IMG/VR virus record: IMGVR_UViG_3300031227_000013
Direction: 5' to 3' (one strand)
Length of the DNA stretch: 64,000 nucleotides
Source of the DNA: a virus
Within the stretch, counting starts at the first letter, position 1. Every line of letters begins with the position of its first letter. The notes under the pieces were generated by a model that saw nothing but the letters and a program-made list of their open reading frames with translations, was not told the DNA's origin and did no database searches. Shown piece by piece: positions 1 to 9,668 of the stretch. The translations under genes and the position numbers were made by a program.

Positions 1-556
1 TACAATTATTAGTATAACTGCGTCTCGCTTCCGAATGTTCTTCAGTTCCTTCTGTAGGGGCTGTATTTCCACCACCATCTTCCGGAGGATTCAGTCTATT
101 CATATACTCACTGAGTTCCTGTTCCAGTTCTGAAGGTCTGATACTTTCCTCGGCGATCTTATTTTCGAAATCAATACGATCCTCTTTATCTTTAACCGAG
201 ATAAGTTTATTGATAATACCCCAACCGATATGTTTCTTATCCATAGCAGAATCAAGTTCCTTACGACTGTATTCCTTAGCAAACTGTGCATACCGGTATA
301 AACGTTTAACATTCATATCCGGAAGTTCCAGCTGTTCAGCAAAATTTTCAATCGTCTTTTCCCCGTATACTGCAGCTTCTTTAATGAGATTAGTTTCATA
401 TCCCATTTCCCAACATACTCTGAGAGTCGATTTAGAAATACCTTCAATATTAGTTTTGAAGTACTCCACCATTTCATCCCAGCCTTTAAATGAGCCTTTA
501 GATTTATCATCGCCCGGCTCTACTACTGCAGCTTCTTGTTTCTTTTCTTCTGACAT
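1..556 (-). CDS. Partial CDS (runs off the left edge); DUF1016_N/YhcG-N-like helical DNA-binding protein
   Basis: Not in the ORF track. Hand translation from ATG at 556 (MSEEKKQEAAVV...CWEMG...YGEKTIENFAEQL...RLYRYAQFAKEY...IGWGIINKLISVKDKEDR...) stays open to position 1. The pattern resembles the WxxG..YG..L..R.FA..Y..LSW..L..VKD layout of DUF1016_N. Confidence 0.55.
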   Translation of the reverse strand, partial: MSEEKKQEAAVVEPGDDKSKGSFKGWDEMVEYFKTNIEGISKSTLRVCWEMGYETNLIKEAAVYGEKTIENFAEQLELPDMNVKRLYRYAQFAKEYSRKELDSAMDKKHIGWGIINKLISVKDKEDRIDFENKIAEESIRPSELEQELSEYMNRLNPPEDGGGNTAPTEGTEEHSEARRSYTNNC

Positions 557-566
557 ATTACTTTCC

Positions 567-1061
567 TTAATTTAATTCGTTCTCTTTTACAAATACACCC
601 AAATTCAAAATATACAAATCTTTTCCTGAATTTCCTGGATAAATAATTCTAGGTTTCTTCAGAATCTCCTCACAGCCCCTTGTGAAGTTATGAAAAATAT
701 GATCCCCACAAAACTTAAGAGGAAAGATAATACCTACTTCCTCATTAGTTTTTAACAGAGACATCATTTCCTTCCACAAGGGTGTAATAGATATTCCCTT
801 ATATAGATTATAAATATACAGATTCGGATACTTATTAATAAATAATTTATTAATAAAAGGATCCCCGGATCTATGCTTTACTTCTTCCAGCTTGTCTTCA
901 ACCCTGTCGTCCTTCCAGATATCAATCAGTGAAACATCTTTAAGTATACTTCCGAAATACTTAGCAAGTATCTTTTTCCGATATGCACTGACCGATACAC
1001 TCTTTTTGGATTCCATAGCTGAAGCAAACCCCTGCATGAAATTATCAGGTTTGAGTCCCAT
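567..1061 (-). CDS. Hypothetical protein
   Basis: ORF track 567..1109; likely start is ATG 1061 (MGLKPDNF), overlapping the recA stop; operon context. Confidence 0.6.
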   Translation of the reverse strand: MGLKPDNFMQGFASAMESKKSVSVSAYRKKILAKYFGSILKDVSLIDIWKDDRVEDKLEEVKHRSGDPFINKLFINKYPNLYIYNLYKGISITPLWKEMMSLLKTNEEVGIIFPLKFCGDHIFHNFTRGCEEILKKPRIIYPGNSGKDLYILNLGVFVKENELN

Positions 1062-2160
1062 CGCCGAATACCTTCCATGTTCTGAAGCCTGCCGCCTTCT
1101 GCAGATCATGCATGTATTCTTTGTCTTCGAACAGAGTCTGTCCCAGTTCCGTATCAGATACCCGGACTTTCCCTAACCGCTGAGAAGAATACTTATTAGC
1201 ATTACATGTGACATCACTGGCTTTCGCCACTCTACCTGATACTTGTTTATCTACCAATAGACGGGCTGTAGCCGCATGCCAGTCCCATACTGTATTCTGT
1301 ATAGGATTTCCATCTTCGTCCTCTTCATCGAAATCCCACAGAACAGGAACACTTATTTTCCTGTTAGCCGGACCCATCCCACACTTCTCAGCTTTCATAC
1401 CTATAAGGTTACCTTCTCTGGATACCAGATCGATAGCCTTTATCTTATTCATATAGATATACTGAGCCGCATGGAAGTCCTGAGATGAACCACCTGACTT
1501 AGTCTTAACCTTAGCTGGACCCGTTGAATCTATCTTGTCTTTAAGATGATTCGTGAACGCCAGTATAATGGGCTGATTAATCAGCTCACTGGATAACGCC
1601 TTGTAGTAGTTTGACCAAAGGAGGGCCGCCTCAGGAAAACTCCTTTCGGCAAATCCTGCTTTACGGATATCGTTCTGAATATCCTCCGTAGTACTACCTG
1701 CCAGACTATCCACACATATTACGAAAGGCAAATCCTTTTCAGGACAATTCTTTTTATAATATGCCAAGGCTCCTGATACTGCTAATTGAGCTTCCTGGAC
1801 TGTAGAAACAGTGTCTATGCGTATACGGTCTCTATTCTTAGACCCTATAATAGAATTCAGAAAATGAAGATTAAGTTTATTCTCCGTTTCTATTAAGTGG
1901 GCTACTCCTCCGGCTTCTATAGCCAGACGCATCGCAAAAAATCCGAATGCGCTTTTACTACTTGCCTGAGGTCCCGCAAGACCCATTATTTTTCCTAACG
2001 ACATTATATTCGAATGAAACAAATACTGCAGGGCGAAGGAGGGGAGTTCCAGGCCTACCTGGTTCTCCTCCTCCTGTGTCCCCACAAGTACTCTGTCATC
2101 TCCGAATTTAGCGCGTCCCTCATCAAGGAATCCTTGAAAAAAAGCACTAACTTCGACCAT
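1045..2160 (-). CDS. recA: RecA/UvsX-like recombinase
   Basis: RecA fold motifs: GKIMGLAGPQASSKS (variant Walker A), LIETENKL, ICVDSLAGS (Walker B), ILAFTNHLKDKI, TKSGGSSQDFHA (cf. RecA TTGG.ALKFYA). Confidence 0.88.
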   Translation of the reverse strand: MVEVSAFFQGFLDEGRAKFGDDRVLVGTQEEENQVGLELPSFALQYLFHSNIMSLGKIMGLAGPQASSKSAFGFFAMRLAIEAGGVAHLIETENKLNLHFLNSIIGSKNRDRIRIDTVSTVQEAQLAVSGALAYYKKNCPEKDLPFVICVDSLAGSTTEDIQNDIRKAGFAERSFPEAALLWSNYYKALSSELINQPIILAFTNHLKDKIDSTGPAKVKTKSGGSSQDFHAAQYIYMNKIKAIDLVSREGNLIGMKAEKCGMGPANRKISVPVLWDFDEEDEDGNPIQNTVWDWHAATARLLVDKQVSGRVAKASDVTCNANKYSSQRLGKVRVSDTELGQTLFEDKEYMHDLQKAAGFRTWKVFGDGTQT

Positions 2161-2170
2161 GATATACCTC

Positions 2171-3430
2171 CTAACCGTTAGCTCTCGCGAGAGCCGCTTC
2201 CTTCTCGGCTATCAGAGATTTCATTATAGGATTTTCATCAAGCGCTGTAGGCTTGACATCCTCGTTATTTGCGGTACCATCATTAACAACTACCGGAGCA
2301 GCGTCTATCTCTGACGGACTTATAATATTAAGTGCAGGTGTTTCAACCGGCACAGCCAGAGGTTCCTGAGGCGTCGCAATAGGCGTTACCGGAGGTGCCG
2401 GAGGCTTTACAACAGGCTTCGCATCAGCAACTGATGAAGAACCTATACTATCAGCAATAGGTCCGGTTGTTCCAGGCACATTAACTGTAGCAGGTTTACC
2501 ATCAAAAGCTCCTTTTACATGTTCCGGAATGAACTGTGCATATTCAGGATCAGACCTGAATGCATAATCCACAGAAGCACTGTCAAACGATTCACACAGT
2601 CTGGCAATCTGCCATGCCGCTGATTCAACTCTCAACAGGTTATCCCACGGTACGAATGTTTCTTTGACATATTTATCTGCCAGTTTAACAGGTTCCCCTG
2701 CTCTTACAGTATACCGCTTACGGCTCTCAGCATTCAGGAAAGAATCCACTAAAACAGTTCTTCCTGTCTCAGGAGTCGTAATATCACCCATCTCTGAATT
2801 AAGTGCTGATAAGGGCTGTGACTTATCTAATATCTGGATAAGTTTATTTTCCATATCCATAGTAGCAGATCTCTGAAACGCCATGATAATAGGAGCAATC
2901 TGAATAACAGCCCCTGTATTTTTATCTGTACACGCTTCCCCGTCCAGCTTAATAAGCACACCCTGCGCCATCATTACACACAGCGGTAAACTTGCCTGAC
3001 CGCCCCACTTTAGCCATTCAGCCCACTCAGGCCTGGCTTTACTTCCTTCTTCCTTTACAAAAGTACCCAGCTTGTTGTAGAATATTTTAGAAGGGCTGTC
3101 TTTGTCAGGGAAGTCAGTTGTATCTGTTACAAACTGAAATTTTCTGGATCCCAGAAAACTTACATACTCAACCGCGTGGAATGCATCTGAAATACCTTCC
3201 ATAGGATCACCGTCTACCGGAACTACCTGCGGAATAAATTCCCCGTCTGTATCGACAGCACAGAACAATTTTATTTCCGTTAGTTTACCAGCGGTACTAC
3301 TTTTAGGAGAATAGACCCTGTGTGGGTGCTGTGAAAGCACCGTGAAATTACCAAAGGCTTCTCTTCCTCCTCCTGCATCTTTTCTTGCATAACTCATTAT
3401 TTGTTTCCTTATTGTTGTGGGGGATCCCAC
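2171..3430 (-). CDS. Putative single-stranded DNA-binding / recombination mediator protein with long Pro/Ala-rich tail
   Basis: Position between polymerase and recA; globular N-terminal part plus low-complexity PVVKPPAPPVTPIATP tail. Function inferred from synteny only. Confidence 0.35.
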   Translation of the reverse strand: MGSPTTIRKQIMSYARKDAGGGREAFGNFTVLSQHPHRVYSPKSSTAGKLTEIKLFCAVDTDGEFIPQVVPVDGDPMEGISDAFHAVEYVSFLGSRKFQFVTDTTDFPDKDSPSKIFYNKLGTFVKEEGSKARPEWAEWLKWGGQASLPLCVMMAQGVLIKLDGEACTDKNTGAVIQIAPIIMAFQRSATMDMENKLIQILDKSQPLSALNSEMGDITTPETGRTVLVDSFLNAESRKRYTVRAGEPVKLADKYVKETFVPWDNLLRVESAAWQIARLCESFDSASVDYAFRSDPEYAQFIPEHVKGAFDGKPATVNVPGTTGPIADSIGSSSVADAKPVVKPPAPPVTPIATPQEPLAVPVETPALNIISPSEIDAAPVVVNDGTANNEDVKPTALDENPIMKSLIAEKEAALARANG

Positions 3431-5178
3431 TTAAGTAGAAATCCCTGTTCATTATGTATCGGTTCCGCCTCTTTGTACCAACGGTCCATCAAAACCGATT
3501 CTGTTCTTATCGCGACGTCCGGAATTACCTTAGTCATTCCTTTAATCATTAACTCTTCTACATGCCCTACCTCTTCAGACATTTGTTGTGGGTTGGTTAT
3601 TTTTATTTCGTTGATTGTCTCATCATGGATAAATGCAACTGTTCGTATACGTTCTTTAAACATTAACCACAGTGCTTCTTTAGCTCCGTCACTGGCTAAA
3701 CTCTGGAAAGAATTATTACAACTCTCTGTGTATGAACACATTCCACGAATTCTACCGGTTAGTGTTTTACTAATATATTTACCGGGATACTCGAGCTGTT
3801 GTTCAGGACAAAGATGTTCTTTCATTTCCGGAAACGCTTTCAACCACATATTCCTCATATGCTCCGCCTCCATATACGAGACAGTTAATCCAAATCCTTT
3901 AGCATACTGAACAAATGTTTTAGCAGATAGGCCTCCTGGAAATCCAAAATTCGGAATCTTAGATTTCTGACGTTCTGATTTTGTTATTTTATCCTCATCT
4001 TTAGAGAATATAAATGAACCTAGATATTTATGACAATCTATACCTTCATTTATTTTATCTGCCAATACACTCTTTCCCTGCTTAATCAAAGTATCCTGTG
4101 CTAAAGCACATAATTCTACCTGAGAGTAATCACTAGCATTAAACCAATGCCCCTCTGTCGGAATAAAGATTCCTCTAAGTCCTTCAGCCTTTGGAAGGTT
4201 TTGGCAGTTAGGCTTTGAGCTGGATGTGCGACCAGTTACAACACAGCTATTAAACCGTGTATGTACCCTACCGTCCTTTCCAATAACATCTTCGCCAAGA
4301 TAAGTCTTAATCATCTTATTGAGATGTGCCTGCTTTGAATAGGCATCCAGAAAGGGATCCGTAATATCCAGCCCGTCCAGTACTTCCTGACCAGTCTTTA
4401 TTTTATTAGTCTTAACAGTACGGGGCAATTTAATATTATACTTAAATTCCAAATCCTCCATATACTGCTGCATAACCAATTGATTGCCCTTCTGTCCCGG
4501 AATGAAGCCATTATCCTCCATTATAAGAAGACAGTCATATAGTGCAGTCTGAAACTTTGTTTCCAAACGACTTCGTTCAGACTCATCAACTCTCAGCCCC
4601 AATCGGCTTATATAGTCAAGAGCGATAGCACCTTTAACCTGTACATCCTCTGTAGCCTGATATTCAAGCTTCATAGCTATATCATATGTATGTACCGGAT
4701 CATCAGCCGCGTATTCAAGATGGGCTGTGCTGGGGTCTTCACTCCTGCTGAATGTAAGACGTATGTCCTCATTCTTATCTATCTCTCTATTCAGAACATG
4801 CTTACATACATATTTCAGAGATCGCTTTGTCAGATAGCCTTGTCGTTCAATCTGCATCAGAACAAATCTAAGCATCGTGTCGACTATTCTTCCTTCATCC
4901 ACAGCTTTTATCAGAAACTCGGGATATCCTAACACAGCCATATCAAATGCCGCGTTATGAAATATGAATCTTCCTTTAGGATTCCACGTATTCAGTTCAT
5001 TCAGATATCCTGGGATATCAGGCCACTCTACCAGATGCACTATATTCCCATCGTATACCTGCATCAGAACTACATTGGGGATTGTATGATCGACGATAAG
5101 TTCTGTCTCGGTATCTATGGCTATGTCCGGAGCACAATGTACACTTTCTCCGGGGCACCACAATACATATTTAGCCAT
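3409..5178 (-). CDS. polA: DNA polymerase family A with 3'-5' exonuclease, no 5'-3' exonuclease domain
   Basis: ExoI IAIDTETE, ExoII FHNAAFD, ExoIII YAADD; TGRTSSSKPNCQNLP; motif A SDYSQVEL; motif B RQKSKIPNFGFPGG; motif C FIHDE. Confidence 0.96.
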   Translation of the reverse strand: MAKYVLWCPGESVHCAPDIAIDTETELIVDHTIPNVVLMQVYDGNIVHLVEWPDIPGYLNELNTWNPKGRFIFHNAAFDMAVLGYPEFLIKAVDEGRIVDTMLRFVLMQIERQGYLTKRSLKYVCKHVLNREIDKNEDIRLTFSRSEDPSTAHLEYAADDPVHTYDIAMKLEYQATEDVQVKGAIALDYISRLGLRVDESERSRLETKFQTALYDCLLIMEDNGFIPGQKGNQLVMQQYMEDLEFKYNIKLPRTVKTNKIKTGQEVLDGLDITDPFLDAYSKQAHLNKMIKTYLGEDVIGKDGRVHTRFNSCVVTGRTSSSKPNCQNLPKAEGLRGIFIPTEGHWFNASDYSQVELCALAQDTLIKQGKSVLADKINEGIDCHKYLGSFIFSKDEDKITKSERQKSKIPNFGFPGGLSAKTFVQYAKGFGLTVSYMEAEHMRNMWLKAFPEMKEHLCPEQQLEYPGKYISKTLTGRIRGMCSYTESCNNSFQSLASDGAKEALWLMFKERIRTVAFIHDETINEIKITNPQQMSEEVGHVEELMIKGMTKVIPDVAIRTESVLMDRWYKEAEPIHNEQGFLLKWDPPQQ

Positions 5179-5181
5179 TAT

Positions 5182-5358
5182 CTACTCCTTTTTAAATTCT
5201 CCACACCATTCGGTACTCTCTGTTTCAAGCCATAGACCTATTAAATTACTCTGCGCTATGGGAGGGGGGTATCTTTTACACTTTCCCCATCTCAGTTGTA
5301 TATTAGCATATTCTTTTTCAAACCAGAATATACATTCAGAACACTCTTCTCTATTCAT
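5182..5358 (-). CDS. Small Cys-containing phage protein (58 aa)
   Basis: Hand translation MNREECSECIFW...WGKCKRYPPP...EWCGEFKKE; GGAGGG upstream; below the ORF-track cutoff. Confidence 0.6.
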   Translation of the reverse strand: MNREECSECIFWFEKEYANIQLRWGKCKRYPPPIAQSNLIGLWLETESTEWCGEFKKE

Positions 5359-5483
5359 CTTCAGCCCGCCCCTCCTTTTTATCTGAATCCATCTTTTCTT
5401 TAATTTTTCCAGTCGTGTAATCCATCAGAAGGTTAAACCCCTTCTTACATAGATCAGCTGCACTGTCTATCAACTGTTGTATA

Positions 5484-5726
5484 CTACTTACTGTCTTGTC
5501 CATTGTTTATTCCTTTTGTTATTTCACCACATCGTGTACATACATCATGCACATATATTTTATCTTGAGAGCGTTCTATTTCATTAGGAGTCTCCCATAC
5601 TATGTTCTTGATATCTTTTGAATCTAGATTATCAGGCCATATACTATGATATCTAGGTTCGAAATTATGACAATCTCCTCCTTGATATATACATTCAGTC
5701 ATTTCAACCACCTTTAACTTTCTCAA
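5484..5726 (-). CDS. Hypothetical protein (C-terminal CTRCG zinc knuckle)
   Basis: ORF track; operon packing. Confidence 0.55.
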   Translation of the reverse strand: MRKLKVVEMTECIYQGGDCHNFEPRYHSIWPDNLDSKDIKNIVWETPNEIERSQDKIYVHDVCTRCGEITKGINNGQDSK

Positions 5727-6732
5727 TTATAAGTTCCCACAGTTCATCAACTGTGTAATCTGCGGGGTCTCCTTTAGATAATTGTACTAAATAGAAACCT
5801 TTATCGAATAGCCCTTCCCTGTACTTCTCGTAGAATTCCAACGCCTCTTCCGCCGCATCTGCATCCAGCAAAAGTACTCCGGCATTACCTCCCAGAGAAT
5901 GCTTAATAATCTGAGCCTGCCGGGTGGAAGGAGATTTACCCAGGCAGCTAATAGCCTTCGCTCCTATCCTGTGTACATCGGTTATACCTTCAACTATGAT
6001 TGTCCACAGTTCCCTGCGATTCATGTCTCTGTTGTATATAACCTGACTTTTAAGAGACCCTTCGGGAAAGTAATACTTGCGAACTCCCTGCCTCTGCTGA
6101 TCCTTTGTTGGCTCCCAACACAGACGAGCCTGCCAAAAGGCCATTTCCCCGTTATAATATACAGGGTAGATAATCTTAGGCCCGTTGTACGGATACTCTT
6201 CCAGAACCTCACAGCAATGTACGTCCCAGCTGTTATACAGAATATCCAGATCAAACTTTCTACCTGTAAGGTATTCTTTGACCTGCCCCGGAGCTTCCGG
6301 AGAGTTTACCGGAATACAATTATCCGGAAATTTAAACGCGGCTACTTTCTTCTTCTTATAATTTGCCGGTAGTATCTCTGCTTTATAATCATCAAAATTT
6401 ATTTCCTTTCCTATCTGTTGTTTAAGTTCATAGTTAGAACATCTTTCATTATGACAGTAGAACAGACTGTTGGTCTTTACTTTGAAATCACCCCTCTGAA
6501 CCTTTTTAAATGCCCAGTGGCTGATAAACAGTCTGTGTTTCCTATCACCGCAGGACGGGCAGTTTACCTTATACTCTTCCCCGTCCTGACACCGTACAGC
6601 CCTTAGAGACTTACCATCCTTAACCGTCTCAAGGGCCCCTTCACCTCCCATGTTCACCACACTCACATCATCATCGAATATTGTGCAGAGCGCATTGAAC
6701 AGGGGTACGTTCATTATATTTTCTTTATTCAT
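5704..6732 (-). CDS. dnaG: DNA primase (Zn-binding domain + TOPRIM)
   Basis: CPSCGD...YCHNERC zinc domain; IIVEGITDV and LLDADA TOPRIM motifs; adjacent to helicase. Confidence 0.88.
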   Translation of the reverse strand: MNKENIMNVPLFNALCTIFDDDVSVVNMGGEGALETVKDGKSLRAVRCQDGEEYKVNCPSCGDRKHRLFISHWAFKKVQRGDFKVKTNSLFYCHNERCSNYELKQQIGKEINFDDYKAEILPANYKKKKVAAFKFPDNCIPVNSPEAPGQVKEYLTGRKFDLDILYNSWDVHCCEVLEEYPYNGPKIIYPVYYNGEMAFWQARLCWEPTKDQQRQGVRKYYFPEGSLKSQVIYNRDMNRRELWTIIVEGITDVHRIGAKAISCLGKSPSTRQAQIIKHSLGGNAGVLLLDADAAEEALEFYEKYREGLFDKGFYLVQLSKGDPADYTVDELWELIIEKVKGG

Positions 6733-6740
6733 AAATACTC

Positions 6741-8234
6741 CTATTCACCGAACTGAGCCGTCGCCGACTCACTGTCCAGCCCTTTAAGATGTCCGACATC
6801 CGCTTTACTGCGGTTACCGGAATTATCACGGTTGTCCATTGTTTTAACTTTAGGAACTATCTTTCCGTTTGTAAGCATAAAATCATTATCCGCTTTCACA
6901 AACTTTATATAATCCCCTCTAAGTTTTACGAGTATATCAGAAGACGCTGTAGCTCTTACTTTAGAAGCACAGAACCATGCTATCTGTTCCTCAGACAATA
7001 CTCCTATCGCAAAACAAACATCCATATACCACGCGAATCCTTTCCATTCAGCCGCATCTGTCCAGTTAGGTTTCCTGTTAGAGGAAGCTCCTGCCTTGTC
7101 AGCTGTCAACTGGTGATTGACTATTATTATTATATTACGGTTGTTCTTCATAACTTTCAGAGCATCCATAAACTGTGTCGAATAGAGACGGAAAGACTCG
7201 TTTGTTAAACTTGTCACTCCTTCTCCCACCATAGCTCTCTGTACCAGAGGAAGCAGCCAATCTATTACTACCAACGTAGGGGGGCCTTCTTCGGGAAGAT
7301 TAAACTGGTCTAGAATATACTGTATATCTTCCAGACCCTTTGTTCCCGCTATCCCCTTACTCATATCCGCCATATGAAATCTACCTTTTATTCCTTCAAT
7401 AGACTTCGTATACTTTTCACGGACACCGTCTTTCAGCTCCTCCATTGTCTTCCCTCTGAATAATTCAGTGGAAAGACCTGTTACAGCCGAACACAGTCTG
7501 GAAGATATATCACCCTCCAGGGGCTGTTCGTACGATAGTAATACAGAGTGTCTGTCCGGATGCTGTCGTATCCATGAGATAAGAACTTGTATAGCAAAGG
7601 TAGTTTTACCTCCGCCGGAGGGTGCCAACAACCCCAGCAGATCGTGTCTCCAGGGGCCTCCTCGAAGCATTGTATCTACAAATTCAACACCAGTAGGAAA
7701 TACTTCACTGTGCGTCATGTACTCCCCCATGTTTTCCAGAGGATTCATAATACTCATCTGATCGGACATCCCCAACCTGCGACTGTCGATCTCCGAAGAC
7801 ATTTCCTTCAATATACTTCCAGTAGTTGTACCTCTTTCAAGAACCATTTCCAGCTTCTTCGTAGTATCCCTGGCTATCTGGTTATTAATAACTTTTTCAA
7901 GTATATTATTAGCTATAGAGGGACTTAGTTCTTCGGTGTCAATTTTGGAAGCGTATTCAAAAGTCTGTTTTACCAGATTTTTTATAGTGTCGTCAAACCC
8001 TGATTCTTCCAGACGTTCATATACTTTATATTTAAGACTTCCTACCGCCATAAACTCATTGTGCTGGTAGTAAATATCCCGGATGACCTTAGCTATAAAG
8101 TCATGGGCTGTATACTTAACCGGATCAAAAACCGGCTCATCTGTTTTCTCAACAAAATTTAAAAATGTCTTAGGGTCTTTCAGAATATGTAGAAGAAGTA
8201 TATCATAATCGCACTTACTTAAAATATCACTCAT
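6741..8234 (-). CDS. dnaB: Replicative DnaB-like (SF4) helicase
   Basis: Walker A LAPSGGGKTT, YEQP, Walker B VVIDW, IVNHQL; adjacent to primase. Confidence 0.85.
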   Translation of the reverse strand: MSDILSKCDYDILLLHILKDPKTFLNFVEKTDEPVFDPVKYTAHDFIAKVIRDIYYQHNEFMAVGSLKYKVYERLEESGFDDTIKNLVKQTFEYASKIDTEELSPSIANNILEKVINNQIARDTTKKLEMVLERGTTTGSILKEMSSEIDSRRLGMSDQMSIMNPLENMGEYMTHSEVFPTGVEFVDTMLRGGPWRHDLLGLLAPSGGGKTTFAIQVLISWIRQHPDRHSVLLSYEQPLEGDISSRLCSAVTGLSTELFRGKTMEELKDGVREKYTKSIEGIKGRFHMADMSKGIAGTKGLEDIQYILDQFNLPEEGPPTLVVIDWLLPLVQRAMVGEGVTSLTNESFRLYSTQFMDALKVMKNNRNIIIIVNHQLTADKAGASSNRKPNWTDAAEWKGFAWYMDVCFAIGVLSEEQIAWFCASKVRATASSDILVKLRGDYIKFVKADNDFMLTNGKIVPKVKTMDNRDNSGNRSKADVGHLKGLDSESATAQFGE

Positions 8235-8730
8235 GCGCTACCTCTTTGTATTCCGGAAAATATCTCTCGCCAAACTCATCAAAGTATTGCCTCAACTCAG
8301 GCATACTTCTCAGCTCATAGATAGCTCCCTCATTATATTTTTCTTTATCCTCCAGCCCTTCTATAGAGGCTAGGATGTATTTGAACAGGGTGAAAAATGT
8401 CTCCAGATTTGAGCTGATTATCTCTTTTACAGACTGTCCTGACTGTAATAAATATCTGAGACGTTTCTTCTCCAGCTCTGTCTTTATTCTATTTTCACCG
8501 ATACGAATATTTCTGAATGCCTGGAATTCCTCCCATGCCTTATCAGAACATACTATACCTTCCACAAGTTTATCAGGCCCCCAGTACCTGTATACATAAT
8601 GACAATACTCGTAGGGGGATATACCTGTAGATTCCAGTTTGACAATAAGCTCTTTCACCTTCTCACTGTCCTTAAGACGGTACGGAACATTGAATTCATG
8701 TACCTCTCTGTTTATATCATTGTATGTCAT
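8227..8730 (-). CDS. Hypothetical protein in replication operon
   Basis: 167-aa ORF overlapping both neighbours. Confidence 0.6.
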   Translation of the reverse strand: MTYNDINREVHEFNVPYRLKDSEKVKELIVKLESTGISPYEYCHYVYRYWGPDKLVEGIVCSDKAWEEFQAFRNIRIGENRIKTELEKKRLRYLLQSGQSVKEIISSNLETFFTLFKYILASIEGLEDKEKYNEGAIYELRSMPELRQYFDEFGERYFPEYKEVAHE

Positions 8731-9602
8731 TATTTATTCCTTTTTTCACCAAACATCACATAGCGGTCCCTATGAAAACTATACTGCAGAGACCCCTCTT
8801 TTTTAATATCTTCGTCCAATAATTCTATCATATCCTTGCTACTGTTTACTATTTTAAGAATATGGCTTAGAAAAGAAGGTATTGAATGAGCCGCTTTCAT
8901 AATATTACACACGGGACAACAACTAACTGTATTATCTGTGGTATATCCTTTTAGAGCATTTTTACAATCTATTCCACTTCTAATTAGCCCAGCGGAATCT
9001 ACTGCGGGAGGTTCACTACAATAAAAACAATCGCCTTTAAAAAGAGACATACATTCTTCTTCTAATAATTCGAAACATCTACCTCTTTTTAATGCATTCT
9101 TTTTATAGGTTCGTATTATTCTATGCCACTTAGCTGCATCTCCCTTTAATAAATTATGTTCTATACGATGTTCTTTTCCACATTTGCGACAACTCTCTTT
9201 ACCACTCACTAAAATAGCTGCGGCAACTAATTCTTTTTCCCCACAAGAGCATCTACACAACCATTGCCAAGGGTGTATAGCATTATCTGTTTTAACAGGT
9301 TTTAGAGCAGTTAAATTACCATATTTTATACCTGTTCTATCAACAAACCTGATATTACAAATACCTTCTTTACAACTAAGTTTACTTTTATCACAAACTA
9401 TTTTTTCATGCCCACATTTCTTACATTTAAGTTTTACCATATGTTGTTTAGCGGGACTAAATTTACCATATTTATCAGTATAGTTATACATTTTAATAGG
9501 TAATTCTTCCAGCAATTCAAACTTAGTATTATCAAATTTATAAGTATATTCCTTCTTTTTACTAACTTCTACAACACCTGCATCAATATTTGTTGTATCC
9601 AT
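8730..9602 (-). CDS. Free-standing HNH-type (His-Me finger) homing endonuclease-like protein
   Basis: TGIKYGNLT...WLCRCSCG and SCRKCG zinc modules; C-terminal CFYC...GIDCKNALKGYTTDNTVSCCPVCNIMK; visibly AT-richer than flanking genes. Confidence 0.75.
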   Translation of the reverse strand: MDTTNIDAGVVEVSKKKEYTYKFDNTKFELLEELPIKMYNYTDKYGKFSPAKQHMVKLKCKKCGHEKIVCDKSKLSCKEGICNIRFVDRTGIKYGNLTALKPVKTDNAIHPWQWLCRCSCGEKELVAAAILVSGKESCRKCGKEHRIEHNLLKGDAAKWHRIIRTYKKNALKRGRCFELLEEECMSLFKGDCFYCSEPPAVDSAGLIRSGIDCKNALKGYTTDNTVSCCPVCNIMKAAHSIPSFLSHILKIVNSSKDMIELLDEDIKKEGSLQYSFHRDRYVMFGEKRNK

Positions 9603-9639
9603 GTCTGTATCCTTTTTATTAATAAATTAATTATAAGAT

Positions 9640-9668
9640 ACAATACACTGTATAAAGAAGGTTGTCAA
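9640..9668 (-). promoter_or_regulatory. Sigma70-type promoter upstream of the HNH gene
   Basis: Minus strand TTGACA (9668-9663), 17-nt spacer, TATTGT (9645-9640), starting right after the uvsW stop. Confidence 0.6.

Noticed and set aside
3409-5178. DpoZ (2-aminoadenine-specific polymerase) assignment
   Set aside because: No purZ, datZ or mazZ in the window, and I cannot verify diagnostic residues without an alignment.
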